Source: Chiloscyllium plagiosum
Taxonomy: Eukaryota
Direction of reading: 5' to 3'
Assembly (NCBI RefSeq): GCF_004010195.1
Contig: NC_057752.1
Span: 13,568,104 to 13,632,103 of the forward strand
Length of the DNA stretch: 64,000 nucleotides
The notes under the pieces are model-generated. The model had not been told where the DNA came from. It searched no databases and saw only the letters and a list, made by a program, of their open reading frames with translations. Positions 52,733-64,000 of this stretch are shown here, piece by piece. Each line of letters starts with the position of its first letter. The first letter of the stretch is position 1. The translations under genes were made by a program, and so were the position numbers.

Positions 52733-52883
52733 ATATCAAACCTACAGCTCAGCGAGCAAACCTACACCCTAAACCTCACTTAGTAATGCTGTAGTTTAAT
52801 AACATTTGCTGCCTGTACGCGAAGGGAGTAGAAACAAAAACCCCACAAGAATTCTGGCAGTGAATGAAATCAATGTCACATAC

Positions 52884-53067
52884 CATCTGTCTGTTTGGAA
52901 GCAGGACTGGGACTTCCCTTTGATGTGTCACTATCCTTTTCACCATGTGCAACTTCCTTTTCTTCAAGTTTGTCGATGAGTTTATTTAGGGTCGTGGCCA
53001 AGGTCTTGGAGGCTTGATTGCGATCAAATTCCCCTTTGAGACCCTCTGCTTCAAGCTCATCTTGTGC
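52884..53067 (-). CDS. OS9: OS9 coding exon (AQDELEAEGLKGEFDRNQASKTLATTLNKLIDKLEEK...)
   Basis: tttttgttcAG / GTatgt; 184 bp, phase 0-1; resembles human 'LALTSTLNKLIKRLEEK'. Confidence 0.93.
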
Positions 53068-53700
53068 CTGAACAAAAATGTTAGATTGCGTCAGGGTATA
53101 ATACTAAATCGCGTGCTACTCACCAAGGTTACACCATGCAAACAAATGATTACATAGAATACACAAATTATGTGGAGAGATGTTATCATCTTGTCATTTA
53201 AGATGAAGATCACATTAAGTCTTGGGTTATTCCTCATTGCATGCTGCAAAAGGCATTAATATGGCTACAGCAACAACTGCATGGTGCCATTCATCTTCAA
53301 GTCTCAGAATATTCCACTAAGACACAGTACCTTAACATTTTCAAAGCCCCTACTCAGATTACTTTACCCTCGTGTAGAGTGGCCAAACAGGAAGAACACA
53401 TGCAGCTGACAGAATGCTGGAGAACACGCAAATCTTTCTACTTATCCATATAAAGGGCGATTGATATCTCGGAAGTGATGAACAGAACCTGAGGTTTCTT
53501 GTCGATACAAGTGCAGTGAGAGCAACAGAACCATCACAAAAAGTTTAACTAGCTTTCCTCCCTCCGATTTTGACCAATGGCTGTTACATCAAAGGAGTCA
53601 TTTATTCGGCTTTCCACCCAGGACATTGCAAGGAGAGCTGAAGCAAACATTTTCCCTTGCATATGAAACATACGCATCACAAATTTTATTTTAGCTGTTG

Positions 53701-53797
53701 ATTCCTGATGAAGGGCTTATGCCCGAAACGTCGATTCTCCTGTTCCTTGAATGCTGGCTGACCTGCTGTGCTTTACCAGCAACACATTTTCAGCTCA
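53701..53797 (+). mobile_element. Short Penelope pLTR-derived element with hammerhead core
   Basis: CTGATGA-a-gggc-ttat-gccc-GAAA-cGTC; same family as 43228-43317. Confidence 0.75.
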
Positions 53798-54263
53798 GAT
53801 TGCAAATCAGTGGCCAAGCTCAAGGGTAGAATTCTTTTTTTCTAGCCCAGTTTCTCTCGGTGAACTTGCACAAACCACTGAAAGAGTCAGGTCATTTTAG
53901 AAACTGCAAAATAGCATCTTACAATGAAAGAAATAGGGCAATGAGACAAATCAGCACAAGACATGGATCATGCAGATCTACTCGTTTATTTGAAGTAAAT
54001 GTCCTTGCATATCACATGTCACAGAATCATGGAAGTGTTACAGCAGCAGGCAGTCTTTCAGTCCACCACACTTGCACTAGCTCATTAACTGGGCATCATT
54101 GGCTGGTGCCAATCCCCCCCCTCCTACCCCCCACCCCAATGTGTCATTCTAACACCAGCACCCAGTTGAAAAAAGGTTTGTTCCGACCCTGTCTTATCAG
54201 CTACGTTTACTGATTTTTAACTTGCATGAAAACGGTTGTAAATTCACAGTGCGTATTACTCAC

Positions 54264-54503
54264 TTCATCAATTAGATTTTCAAATTCTTTTTCCATTTCT
54301 TCCTTCACTTCTCTTTTAATTTCAGACATCTTTGATTTAGGTAGGGACACGTCTTCAAGTTCCTTTTCAAAGTCTTTAATGAGCTCATTTTCTTCACTAT
54401 CAATCATCTCCTCTTGTTTTGCTGATAAGTCTTGGTCAGTGGTTTCGTCAGAAGATCTTGCAGAGGTATCCATAGCCGGATCCTTATCCTCATCACCTTT
54501 CCG
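54264..54503 (-). CDS. OS9: OS9 acidic coding exon (RKGDEDKD...ELIKDFEKELED...EMEKEFENLIDE)
   Basis: Poly-T tract then gacAG, donor GTgagt; 240 bp, phase 0-0; resembles human 'LLGEFEKELEGILLP...MERELENIIQE'. Confidence 0.93.
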
Positions 54504-55629
54504 CTGTCATACACCAAACAAAAAGGAAAAAAAGAAAAAAAAAAAAAAAAGAGTTTTAGGTGTGACATATGCACAAGTGGAAACACACTTCACTATCCTC
54601 TACACTTGTCAACCCATGGGCATTTTTAACCTGAATACATTTATTAGTATACACAAGTGCAATTAGAATTTCTCAAGTACATGGTCACTTCCAATCTAAC
54701 TATCAATGGAACTGATGCTTCAAATCAGACGTGAACGGATTTTATGTTTTAAAGAGAAAAGGCACAGAACTTATCATATTCTGCAACTGCTGTTCAAGCA
54801 AATTTTTTAATACTATGACTACTAAAAACAAAACAGCCAAAAAAAAAGATGGATTGTCTGGAATTTCTGACCATGCCTTGGCAATGGGATTGATGTGTGG
54901 TTTTATCATTAAAAAAAGTGTGCATGGGGGAGAACAAAACTGAATTCAACTAAGAGTCTGTCTCGGGCTCTTGCCCGAAATGCCGATTCTCCTGCCCCTC
55001 GGATGCTGCGCTTTTCCAGCAACACACTCTCGACTCTGATACCCAGAATCTGCAGTCCTCACTCTCCTCCTCCTCAATTGTTGAATAGCCAACATTGACA
55101 ATCCAGGCGATTCCAAGCAGACTGGTTATTGTCTGTCAAGTAATAACCTAAAAGTTGCCATTTTTAAATGGACCAGGTTTGTGGAAAGAAAATGAGAGAA
55201 ATAAACTTCCCCTTAAGTACTTTGTCATCGTAACGCCAGACCAAGTGGCTCCACACCAGTAGTTTCATAATCTTTTAAACTATTTGCACAACCTCTTTCT
55301 CCCCCCCACCCCCACCTGAAATGGAAGCTTCCTATGAAATTGTCCTGCTTTTTCTTCCTTCGCTTCTCTAAACTTGAGCAGCAATGAGGGAAGGGTATTA
55401 ATAAAAGGGATGAGCTAAATAAATTAAACAAGCTCAAAAGAGAACAAAATTCTGGGAATGGATCGATTGCATCTACATGCTTTAAATAGAATCTAGGGAT
55501 GAACTCGGACGCATTACAATTTATATTTAATAACTTGGTAGCAAGGGTTAGTCTCAGGACTGACAGATAGTGAATCTGATTCCTGCATTTAGAGAGACAG
55601 AGGGGCTTTTTAAAAAATAAACACAGGAG

Positions 55630-57075
55630 TTCAATTGTGGAAAGAACTGCAAGAGGAAGTGGTGAATGCAGGTGCAATTATAAATGTTTAAAAGACATTT
55701 GGATGAGGACATGAATAGGAAAGGTTTGGAGGGATATGAGCCAGGCGCAGACAGGTGGGACTAGTTTAGTTTGGGGATTATGGTCGGCATGGACTGGTTG
55801 GACCAAAGGGTCTGTTTCTGTGCTCTATAATGTGTCCAGGAAATTTTACGCCAGTCAGTTTAACATCTGGGAGTAGAAAACAGTGGCATTCAGACTTAAA
55901 CATAGAAGATCTAGAAATGAGGAATATAATAATAAATAACCAGCATAGACAGCAAAAGTGAAAGCTGAAAATTTGAGGAACAGAAAATATAACTAGTTGT
56001 AATTCAAGAGGCCTTTCAAAGGTGACCTATAAAACACTAACGAAGGAAGTGAACGTGGAGCCAGGGGCTAGCTGGCTTCAAGTTCTAAATCAGTGGCGCA
56101 CAGAGCAACTTCACAGGTGGGAAGCAGTGCGCCACAAGGATCAGTGCTGGTACCACTCATTCTCAAATTTGCATCAATGATTTGAACTGCAGATCAAAAA
56201 TGTCTCTAAATTTGCAGATAACATCCGATCGGAAGGAAACATTGGTGCCAAGGAGGACTGTGACTAGGTACAGGAGAATTTTAATGAATTTACAAAGTGG
56301 ACAAATAATTGGCAAGAGAAGTTCAAACCAGCTAAGTAAGGTTGGTTGGAAGAACAAAGAGGTCACTTATTAGTTGGAAGGTAAATCGAGGTGGGATAGA
56401 GCAACAAAGGGACCTTGAAACAGGAATACAATTACTACAAATGAAGAGGTTAAGATCAGAAAAACAGCAAGCCAAGAACTAAGCTTTATTTTTAGTAGGG
56501 GATTTATGCTAGCCCTGTACTGAACCTTTCTTGGACCACACACAGTACTATGAACAGCTTGATTATATTTTACAAAGGCGAGAAGAACTGGGGAGGGTGC
56601 AAAGAAGGTTTACAGGGATGATACAGAAACATGCAAGTCAACACATCAGGGAAGGAACAGGCTGGGTTTCTCCATACTTGGAAGCCAGCCAGCTGAGGGA
56701 TGACCAAACAAAAAGGCCTTTAAAATTAATGAATGCCTTTGTATCCACTGTTTCAAAATCTAGGTTTCCTCTGGTAGGGAACGGCATAAAGTAGAGGCCA
56801 TTAAGAGAGTGACTAAGAAATCCAATAGGGAAGTCAGAAATTTCTTCATCCAAAAAAAGAAGAGTGGTGGGAATACAGTGCTTGATCCCAAAGGGAATGA
56901 TTGAAGCAAACAGTATACAGTAGATGAATATCAGGAGAAACTGGGCAAGGAGATAGGAATAGAGGGTTATGATGACTTAGGGGAGCAAAGATGGGAGGAG
57001 ATTTGAATGAAGCATAAACATCAGTGTGGATTTATTGGGCCAAATGGCCTGTTTCTATGCTCTACACCCTCTGTA
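55630..57075 (+). mobile_element. CR1 3' end nested in an older, highly degraded CR1
   Basis: FKRHLDEDMNRKG tail; gtgcgccacaaggatcagtgctgg (PQGSVL); RVQRRFTGMI. Confidence 0.7.
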
Positions 57076-57347
57076 GGAATACACAGCAACTAAGCGAAGA
57101 AGTGTGATATTTATTGAAATGAATGCTAACAAGGATGAAAAATAAATTCCATCAAGTCCATTTAGCACAAAAAGGGATATGGTTAAACTGCTACAAAATC
57201 TCGTCATCCATTAACATCCAGACAAGCAAATTATAATTTTTAAATCAGAATACCAACAAAAAAAAGAAAAGATGACTACAAAAAGGTAACCACCTTGCTT
57301 CAAGATCAACATTTAATGACAATACCACTGGAATGTTCCATCAGTAC

Positions 57348-57433
57348 CTTTGCAGTCTGGTCTTTTAATTCTCGAATCAACTTTAGCAGATCCTCTGGGT
57401 TCCGGGTTATTCTGAACTGGACTTCCTGTTTGC
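57348..57433 (-). CDS. OS9: OS9 coding exon (GKQEVQFRITRNPEDLLKLIRELKDQTAK)
   Basis: tttctattcAG / GTactg; 86 bp, phase 1-0; resembles human 'NVQVKVIRSPADLIRFIEELKG'. Confidence 0.88.
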
Positions 57434-57646
57434 CTGAATAGAAAGTGGGTGGGGGTGCATGGAAAAATTACAAGATCACTGTCACGTCAGAACTGAACTT
57501 TAAAAACAACTAGCTCGTAAATTATACAACTCAAATATTGTTGTTTAGCTCAAGTTAACTATGCTCGAGAAAAGTTGGATGGACTGCCCTGTCCTTTGAT
57601 TTTCAGGGGTTTTAACTCAATGATATATAGTAATAATTTTATTTAC

Positions 57647-57707
57647 CTTGGTCATCTTGAAGGTTGTCATCCCCAGTTTTAAATGCATCACTCAATTTAG
57701 AGTCAGC
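57647..57707 (-). CDS. OS9: OS9 short coding exon (ADSKLSDAFKTGDDNLQDDQ(G))
   Basis: tttatttgttAG acceptor, GTaaat donor; 61 bp, phase 0-1, exactly the phase bridge needed between the flanking exons. Confidence 0.75.
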
Positions 57708-57779
57708 CTAACAAATAAACAAAAACATTCTATTACTGTTACTCCGAGGTTCAAGGGGGCAGTCTTACCAATTTCCCAT

Positions 57780-58348
57780 TGAGGGCTGAGAAGTGGCAGA
57801 TGGAGTTCAATCCAGATAAATGTGAAGTGCTGCATTTTGGGAAAGCAAATCTTAGCAGGACTTATACACTTAATGGTAAGGTCCGAGGGAGTGTTGATGA
57901 ACAAAGAGACCTTGGAGTGCAGGTTCATAGCTCCTTGAAAGTGGAGTCGCAGGTAGATNNNNNNNNNNNNNNNNNNNNNNNNNNNNNNNNNNNNNNNNNN
58001 NNNNNNNNNNNNNNNNNNNNNNNNNNNNNNNNNNNNNNNNNNNNNNNNNNNNNNNNNNNNNNNNNNNNNNNNNNNNNNNNNNNNNNNNNNNNNNNNNNNN
58101 NNNNNNNNNNNNNNNNNNNNNNNNNNNNNNNNNNNNNNNNNNNNNNNNNNNNNNNNNTGGTGGAGGCTGGTACAATTGCAACATTTAAAAGGCATCTGGA
58201 TGGTTATATGAATAGGAAGGGTTTGGAGGGATATGGGCCAGGTGCTGGCAGGTGGGCTAGATTGGGTTGGGATATCTGGTCGGCATGGATGGGTTGGACC
58301 GAAGGGTCTGTTTCCATGCTGTACATCTCTATGGCTCTATGACTCTAT
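57780..58348 (+). mobile_element. CR1 3' end spanning the gap at 57959-58157
   Basis: EKWQMEFNPDKCEVLHFG...FKRHLDGYMN. Confidence 0.9.
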
Positions 58349-60008
58349 AAGCCATCCTGACAAACACCATCAAATTGAGCGCATCAGCAGTGCTGCATTA
58401 TTTCAGATTAAAGAAAAGCATTGACACATTTTAAAACAGATAAATTGAAAGAAAAAAGGGGGAATATAACATTGCAAGAAGTCAAAACAAGGGCTTAAAA
58501 AACCTGACAATTAAAAGTTACATGCCAGCTCTCAATATCTTTAACATTACCGCATTTTGCTCAGTTAAAACATGCATATGGCATTGCAAATGCTCAGGTG
58601 TACTAGGTTTGAGGGAAAAGAGCCATTATGGTTGAGGGGTCTCAAGAATAGATTCCCAACCCTTTTCAGTGCATATCAATTTCAGACTGCTCCCTGGCAG
58701 TGAAGCATATTTCCAATTTCGAGGCTGCACATGGAATAGTGCAAAGGATATGTATGCCTAACCCAATGCATTGGTAACTATAATACTTTACCCAGTGACT
58801 AGGCGTAAATTATGAACAAGTAAAAACCTTCATAATTTCACAAAAACAAACTGGAATTTGAAGTGTTGTTATTGATTTTTAGCATGACAGAGTCACTACA
58901 TCAGTCAGCATTTATTGCCCATCCCTAGTTGCCCTGGAGAATGGGGTGGGGAGCTGCTTTCTTGAACTGCTGCAGTTCACTTGGCACAAGTACATCCACA
59001 GTATTGTCAGGAAGGGAGCTCCAGGATTTTGACAGTGACAATGAAAGAGAGGTGATAGCTTGAATCAACTATTATAACAGCGTCTGGTACATACTGGCAA
59101 ATGCATACATTGGATCACCATTGAATGCAGGGTTACATTGAAAACTGGACTCCAAGTGCATTGCATTATTTACTCCACACTGCATGACGTGTCAAACATG
59201 ACAAGGGATACCAAAAAACATGATTAGGTCCACGAGAGCTTATCTTGGCACATGGCTTTAACAAAGCCTACATTCACTGCAGAAATATGAAGTGATTATT
59301 CAACACTTTATACATTCTTTTACTCAGCTCTCATCTTGTTGTGAAGTGAGTAGTTAAAACTTCCTTTAGGTGTTATGAAAACCCAGAATAAACTTTATTC
59401 CCCCCCACCCCCCAAGGTGTGGTAATTTTACACAAAAAGTAATAAACCAAACTCAGACAGTAGAGCACGATACAAGGGAAAGAAGTTTCATGATGAAGGG
59501 ACAAGTTTGAATTTTAATGTGCTCTTCTTTAACACAAACTTGTATCATTCTTTTCCCTGTATTTCCAGATTCAATGCTCTCAAATTTGAAGAATGGAAAT
59601 TTGTCTATCGGAATAGATCTTTATCTATTTATAAACCACACTCAAAGTAGCAGTCACCTCAGGCCTCCACCTTATAAATCACTTAGATATGGAAGCAGGG
59701 AACAATATTGAGGATTATAGTTTGCTAAAATTATAATGGATTGGGGATTTGACACAAGCCCTCGGAATAGTAAAATTCTAGATTACAGGAGAACATTATA
59801 TGCACAGAGCTAAGCTTTTTGATAGCTTTGACTAGATTCGTACTTTGCAAATAAGAACTTTGCATGCAAAAATCAGTATCACTACTTCAACATCCAGCCT
59901 ACCATTGTCAAAAGTTTAAAATGTTTATTAACAGAAATCATTACAGAATCCACTGCTCTCCCAACATGAAGGCTCACTATAACATAGATTTTTAAAATCC
60001 TGCAATAC

Positions 60009-60130
60009 CTCTTCTAGCTTCTCTTCTGAAAGGGGACCCTCCTCACTCACTGGTTTGCTGATTTTGTCCCAGAATTTCTCACCATTATCCTCGTCTTCAG
60101 TTACCTCCTGCGAATTTAAGGTTTCAATTC
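60009..60130 (-). CDS. OS9: OS9 coding exon (GIETLNSQEVTEDEDNGEKFWDKISKP...KLEE)
   Basis: ttccAG acceptor, GTattg donor; 122 bp, phase 1-0, in frame with neighbours; FW motif like human 'DSDFWK'. Absent from the ORF track. Confidence 0.82.
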
Positions 60131-60447
60131 CTGGAATTCAAAGAAACCCCAGCTGTGTCAGTTAATAGTCACAGGCGCTTTGTGATTGAAGTGAAGGCGG
60201 CAAACTCATCGTAGGTACATTCACAAGTGAAGGACTATTTTCTGTTGGAACGACTACACAGATTTTGTTGGGGTACAATACAATTAGTTAGCACAAGGGA
60301 TTGAAGATGTGAATCTGCCATACAGCAAGAACAAGCCTCTGGTAAAATGACCTGGGGCAGTTTCAGTTCCAATTTCAGTGAACAAAAAACACAAAAGCAA
60401 AATCCTGCAGATGCTGGAAATTTTACATAAAAACAGAAAATGGTTCG

Positions 60448-60700
60448 GAGTGTGCACATTCTCCCTGTGCCGGCGTGGGTGTCCTCTGGGTGCTCCGGTT
60501 TCCCCCCACAATCCAAAGACATGCAGGTTAGGTGAAATGGCCGTGCTAAATTGCTCAGTGTTCAGGGATGTGTAAGTTAGGTGCATTAGTCAGGGTTAAA
60601 TATAGGATAGGTGAATGGGTCTAGGTAGGTTACTCTTTGGAGGGTCAGTGCAGGCTTGTTGGGCAGAGGGCTTGTTTCCCCACAGTAGGGATTCTATGAT
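60448..60700 (+). mobile_element. HE1-type SINE (5' truncated) within a Penelope pLTR remnant
   Basis: tgcacattctccctgtg...ccacaatccaaagac core. Confidence 0.8.
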
Positions 60701-61544
60701 AATGAAGATACACAGCAGGTCTGGTAGCAACTGTGGAGAAAAACAGATAACCTTTCATGTCAAAGACCTTCTATCAGAACTACATCTTTCTGATCTGGCT
60801 GTTCATTCGTCACTGAATATTTACTTGGTCCCAGCGAAACACATGACTGTTGTTCTATTTCAGGATTACCAGAATCAGTTCCTGTACTGCTGACATGAGT
60901 CCTCACGGTCTTCCAAATCCCCAAACAGAAAACACAAAAGATTGGTGGTAGATGGAGAGATGTCCGGAGAGACAGTTTGAATATTAAAAAAATGACAGAC
61001 AAATAGACATAGGAGTACTATCTTAAGTGATTTTCTGCAGATCTTTGGAGTATATGAACACTCTAAAAGCAAGATGCTGTACTCCCAGCAGCAATTTAGC
61101 AGAGTCAAAGCAGCAGACTGAAATCACTGGCTCAAACTTCAAATACCCAACATTGGCAAGTTTACCATTTATGCACAGAACAGTAATATTAGCATGCAGC
61201 TGGTTAAAAGACAACACAAAAGGAAAGATGCTCAGGATGTTTGTTATGCTTTGAGTGGTTGCCTGGTCTGGGTGGTTTGCATCCCAGGGTCATCATAAAA
61301 TCCCGATAGTGTGGAAACAAGCCATCACACATCAACACTGAGGTTGCTATTGGAAATGGCAGAGGAGTCAACAGGAGATCTTGCTGCATTCTTCCAATTT
61401 TCCCTAGATATGGGGAAGTGGCAGAGGATCGGAGGAGACGACAAATTTGACATTATTACAATCACTGAGTTACAGCGCAAGAGGCTATTTGATCAGAGTA
61501 CATGCCGGCCCTGCTGAGCAATCCATTCGATTTATTTACTTTAT

Positions 61545-62865
61545 CCTTCTGATCCTGCAAGTGTCCATCCAATATCCTTCTGAAATCATTCACGGTCTCT
61601 CTTCACCACCTTCACAGGCAGCGAGTTCTAAATCATTACCACTTGCTGCATAAAAGAAGTTCTTCCTCACATACCCTCCTAAAAGCTTAAACCAGTGTCT
61701 TCTGCTAATGGGAACAGTTTATTTTTGTCTGTCTTACCCAAACCTATCATATTCTTTATCTAACTTTCCTCTCAACCTCCTTGGCCTCAAGGAGAACAAT
61801 CCCAGCTTGGTCAGCCTAACCTTGTAGCTAAAATTTCTCACGCCCGAAACCATTCTAGCACATCTCAGATCCGACCTAGTGGGTTATGACCAGAACGGGA
61901 TCATTATCCCAGCTAAGACTGAGCCAGAGATTTATGAAGGATAAGCATAACATCCCTGCTTTTGTATTACCTACTGAGGTTTAGAAGGCGGAGAGCTCAT
62001 GTGCTTTGCTAATTACTATTTCAATATTTCCTGCTACCTTCAATGGTCAATGCTTGTGCATCCCAAGGTTACTCTGTCACTGCACACTTTGGAACTATTT
62101 TTAACCGCCTTCTGCAAAAACGCATCATCCTGCAATTGTGCGCTGAACTCCACCTACTCTTCTCTACTTTTGCTAGCCTATCAAAAACAGAAATTGCTGG
62201 CAGCATCTGGGGAGAGAAAGTAGTGATAATGTTTTGGTCCAGCAATCCTTCTTCAGAACAGACTCCTGTCCACAGATGCCGCCAGGCCAGAGTTTTTCCC
62301 ACGATTTCGGTTTCTGATTGCCAGCATCAGCAGTTCTTTGGGGTTTTTTGGTTGGCTAGCCTATCAGCTTGTTGCAGTCGATTGCTATCATGCTCATAGT
62401 TGCCATTCCACCAGTCTGAAAAACAGCCATTTATGATGCGCTGTTTTCAGAGTTTATGTCAAACTTTTGATACACCAAGAGGCACAATTTGTTTCAGTAA
62501 TGTTTTAAGTGGTACTTTGCCAAAAGCATCATTGAGATCTACAGTGCAGTCCCTGCTTTCGACATCTGTAATTTTAATTTCAATTAGATTAGTCAAGTGC
62601 AATTCACCTTTTACAAACCTGTGCTGGCTTTCCTCAACAAACTTAAATGCCTGCTGATTCTTTGTTCTAAAATCTAATCCAACACAATGTTAAATTAACT
62701 AACTTGCAGTAGGCAGGAAGGCTTTCTCATTGTTTGAATGAGGGCATTATATTTACCATCACCAGTCCTTGAATACCTCCCCATATCAAGGGAGAATTGG
62801 AAAAATACAGCAAGATCTTCTGCTGTCCCCTCTCCCATCTCCAACAGCAACATGGGATGCAAGCT
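61545..62865 (-). mobile_element. Old CR1 LINE, degraded, with a short Penelope insert at 62184-62354
   Basis: LHPMLL..M.E...EDLAVFFQFSLDMG on the minus strand. Confidence 0.65.
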
Positions 62866-63325
62866 GCATGAACAAGACAACCACTCAGAGCAGGAGCAAC
62901 ACTGAATAAGTCTCCTAGAGGAACCTACAGCACTCAACTTTCAGCCCACTGTGATAGTTGTGTCTACTGATACTTTGCGAGCTTTGTCTTACAATTAAAT
63001 GCTGATACCACATACCCAAACATTAGTCGAGAGTGTGGTGCTGGAAAAGCTCATGCCTGAAACGGCAATTTTCCTGCTTCTCGGACGCTGCCTGACCTGC
63101 TGTGCTTTTCCAGCACCACACTCTCAACTCTGATCTCCAGCATCTGCAGTTCTCACTTTCCCCAACCCATCAAACATTAGACTTGCATTGTATCATATAC
63201 CACCCTCTTTATCCCAAATAGAGCCAACTTCTGAACAAATGGGAGGATTTCAGCCCACACTTTGGGATGCAAAACATCAGCTTGTATGCTTTTTGTATGG
63301 TTACAGAAAGTGGAGACAGCCATAC

Positions 63326-63496
63326 CTTCCAATTCCAATACATTCTCACCAGTGTCTGAAAGCTCCTCAGTTTGGTTTTCAGATTCCTGAGTCAGGTCTT
63401 TCTCTTCATCAGTCTGTGCATTTTGGTCTTTCAACAACATTTCATCCAAGGTTTTCAACTCCTCAGAGATTTTTTCTACTTTGCGTTTGGTATCAG
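63326..63496 (-). CDS. OS9: OS9 coding exon just downstream of the MRH domain ((A)DTKRKVEKISEELKTLD...VLELE(G))
   Basis: Acceptor ccgcacAG, donor GTatgg; 171 bp, phase 1-1. Resembles human OS9 'ADSKQYGDKIIEELQDL' (recalled). Upstream exons lie beyond the window. Confidence 0.88.
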
Positions 63497-63689
63497 CTGT
63501 GCGGGGGGGGGGGGGGGGGAAGAAAGAGAGGAGAGAAAAGTTAACAGTACTGAAATCATTGCAAAAAATGTTTTCAATCAACAACTGCACTCCATGTACC
63601 CCCTCTTTTCCTTCAATTGTCATGTTTGAGGCTGTTGTAAACTAGTTTATGGAGATAGATTACCTCAATTAGTTGACAGTTATTTAATC

Positions 63690-64000
63690 TCACAGCTACT
63701 AGTCAGTGAACCTATGGACCTCAGTATCACATTTGCATTTGGTGCAATAGTATAGAACAATGGAGAGACTGCAACTTAGGGAGGGTACAATTGTGAAGGG
63801 GGTGCAGGAGCAGAGGGAATGGTGAACATATTGAAGGTGGCGAGAACGGTTAATGAAGCAAACCTATTTCTAGGTTTCATTAAGAGAGAGTATAGAGTAC
63901 AAGAGCAGAAGGTGATGTTGAATATGTTCAAGACACATGTTAGACCTCAGCTGGAGTACAGTGTATGGCTCTGGGTGCCACTTTATGGAAAAGATGTAAA
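63690..64000 (+). mobile_element. CR1 fragment
   Basis: IEYKSR..MLN..KTHVRPQLEYSVWLWVP. Confidence 0.75.

Larger units (their letters stand above)
51394..52774. mobile_element. Penelope-like element with inverted 5' part, RT and GIY-YIG remnants, 12-bp TSD
   Basis: GIKFTKEEE..NKLTFLDV...YRKPTNTDQILNYTSNHP; FDWDNTSILGQ...REFLEAWHS; TSD ctcacttagtaa at 51382-51393 and 52775-52786; spans the gap at 52145-52577. Confidence 0.92.

Overview
Eukaryotic, repeat-dense genomic DNA from a cartilaginous fish: HE1-type SINEs and their CR1 (HER1-like) partner LINEs point to a shark or ray. Two spliced genes lie on the minus strand. Nine 3' coding exons of OS9 (ERAD lectin) run from 63496 to the stop codon at 42441, all with GT-AG sites and matching phases. 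One internal exon of B4GALNT1 (GM2/GD2 synthase) lies at 10082-10262; I could not find its upstream exons in the window. The rest is mostly transposon debris: many CR1 LINEs (one near full length with nested insertions), L2-like, Rex1/Babar-like and Tx1/L1-like LINE fragments, tRNA-derived SINEs, probable solo LTRs and an ERV integrase fragment. Penelope-like elements are abundant and show inverted repeats, target-site duplications and minimal hammerhead ribozyme cores. A 35-bp minisatellite appears to have grown out of a CR1 coding motif. There are three assembly gaps. Most ORFs in the supplied track are transposon remnants or noise. I see no convincing wholly new system; the hammerhead-bearing Penelope derivatives, the CR1-derived minisatellite and the orphan B4GALNT1 exon are the best leads. 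Repeat boundaries are by eye and approximate; exon boundaries were checked base by base. Comparisons with human proteins are from memory, not from a database search.
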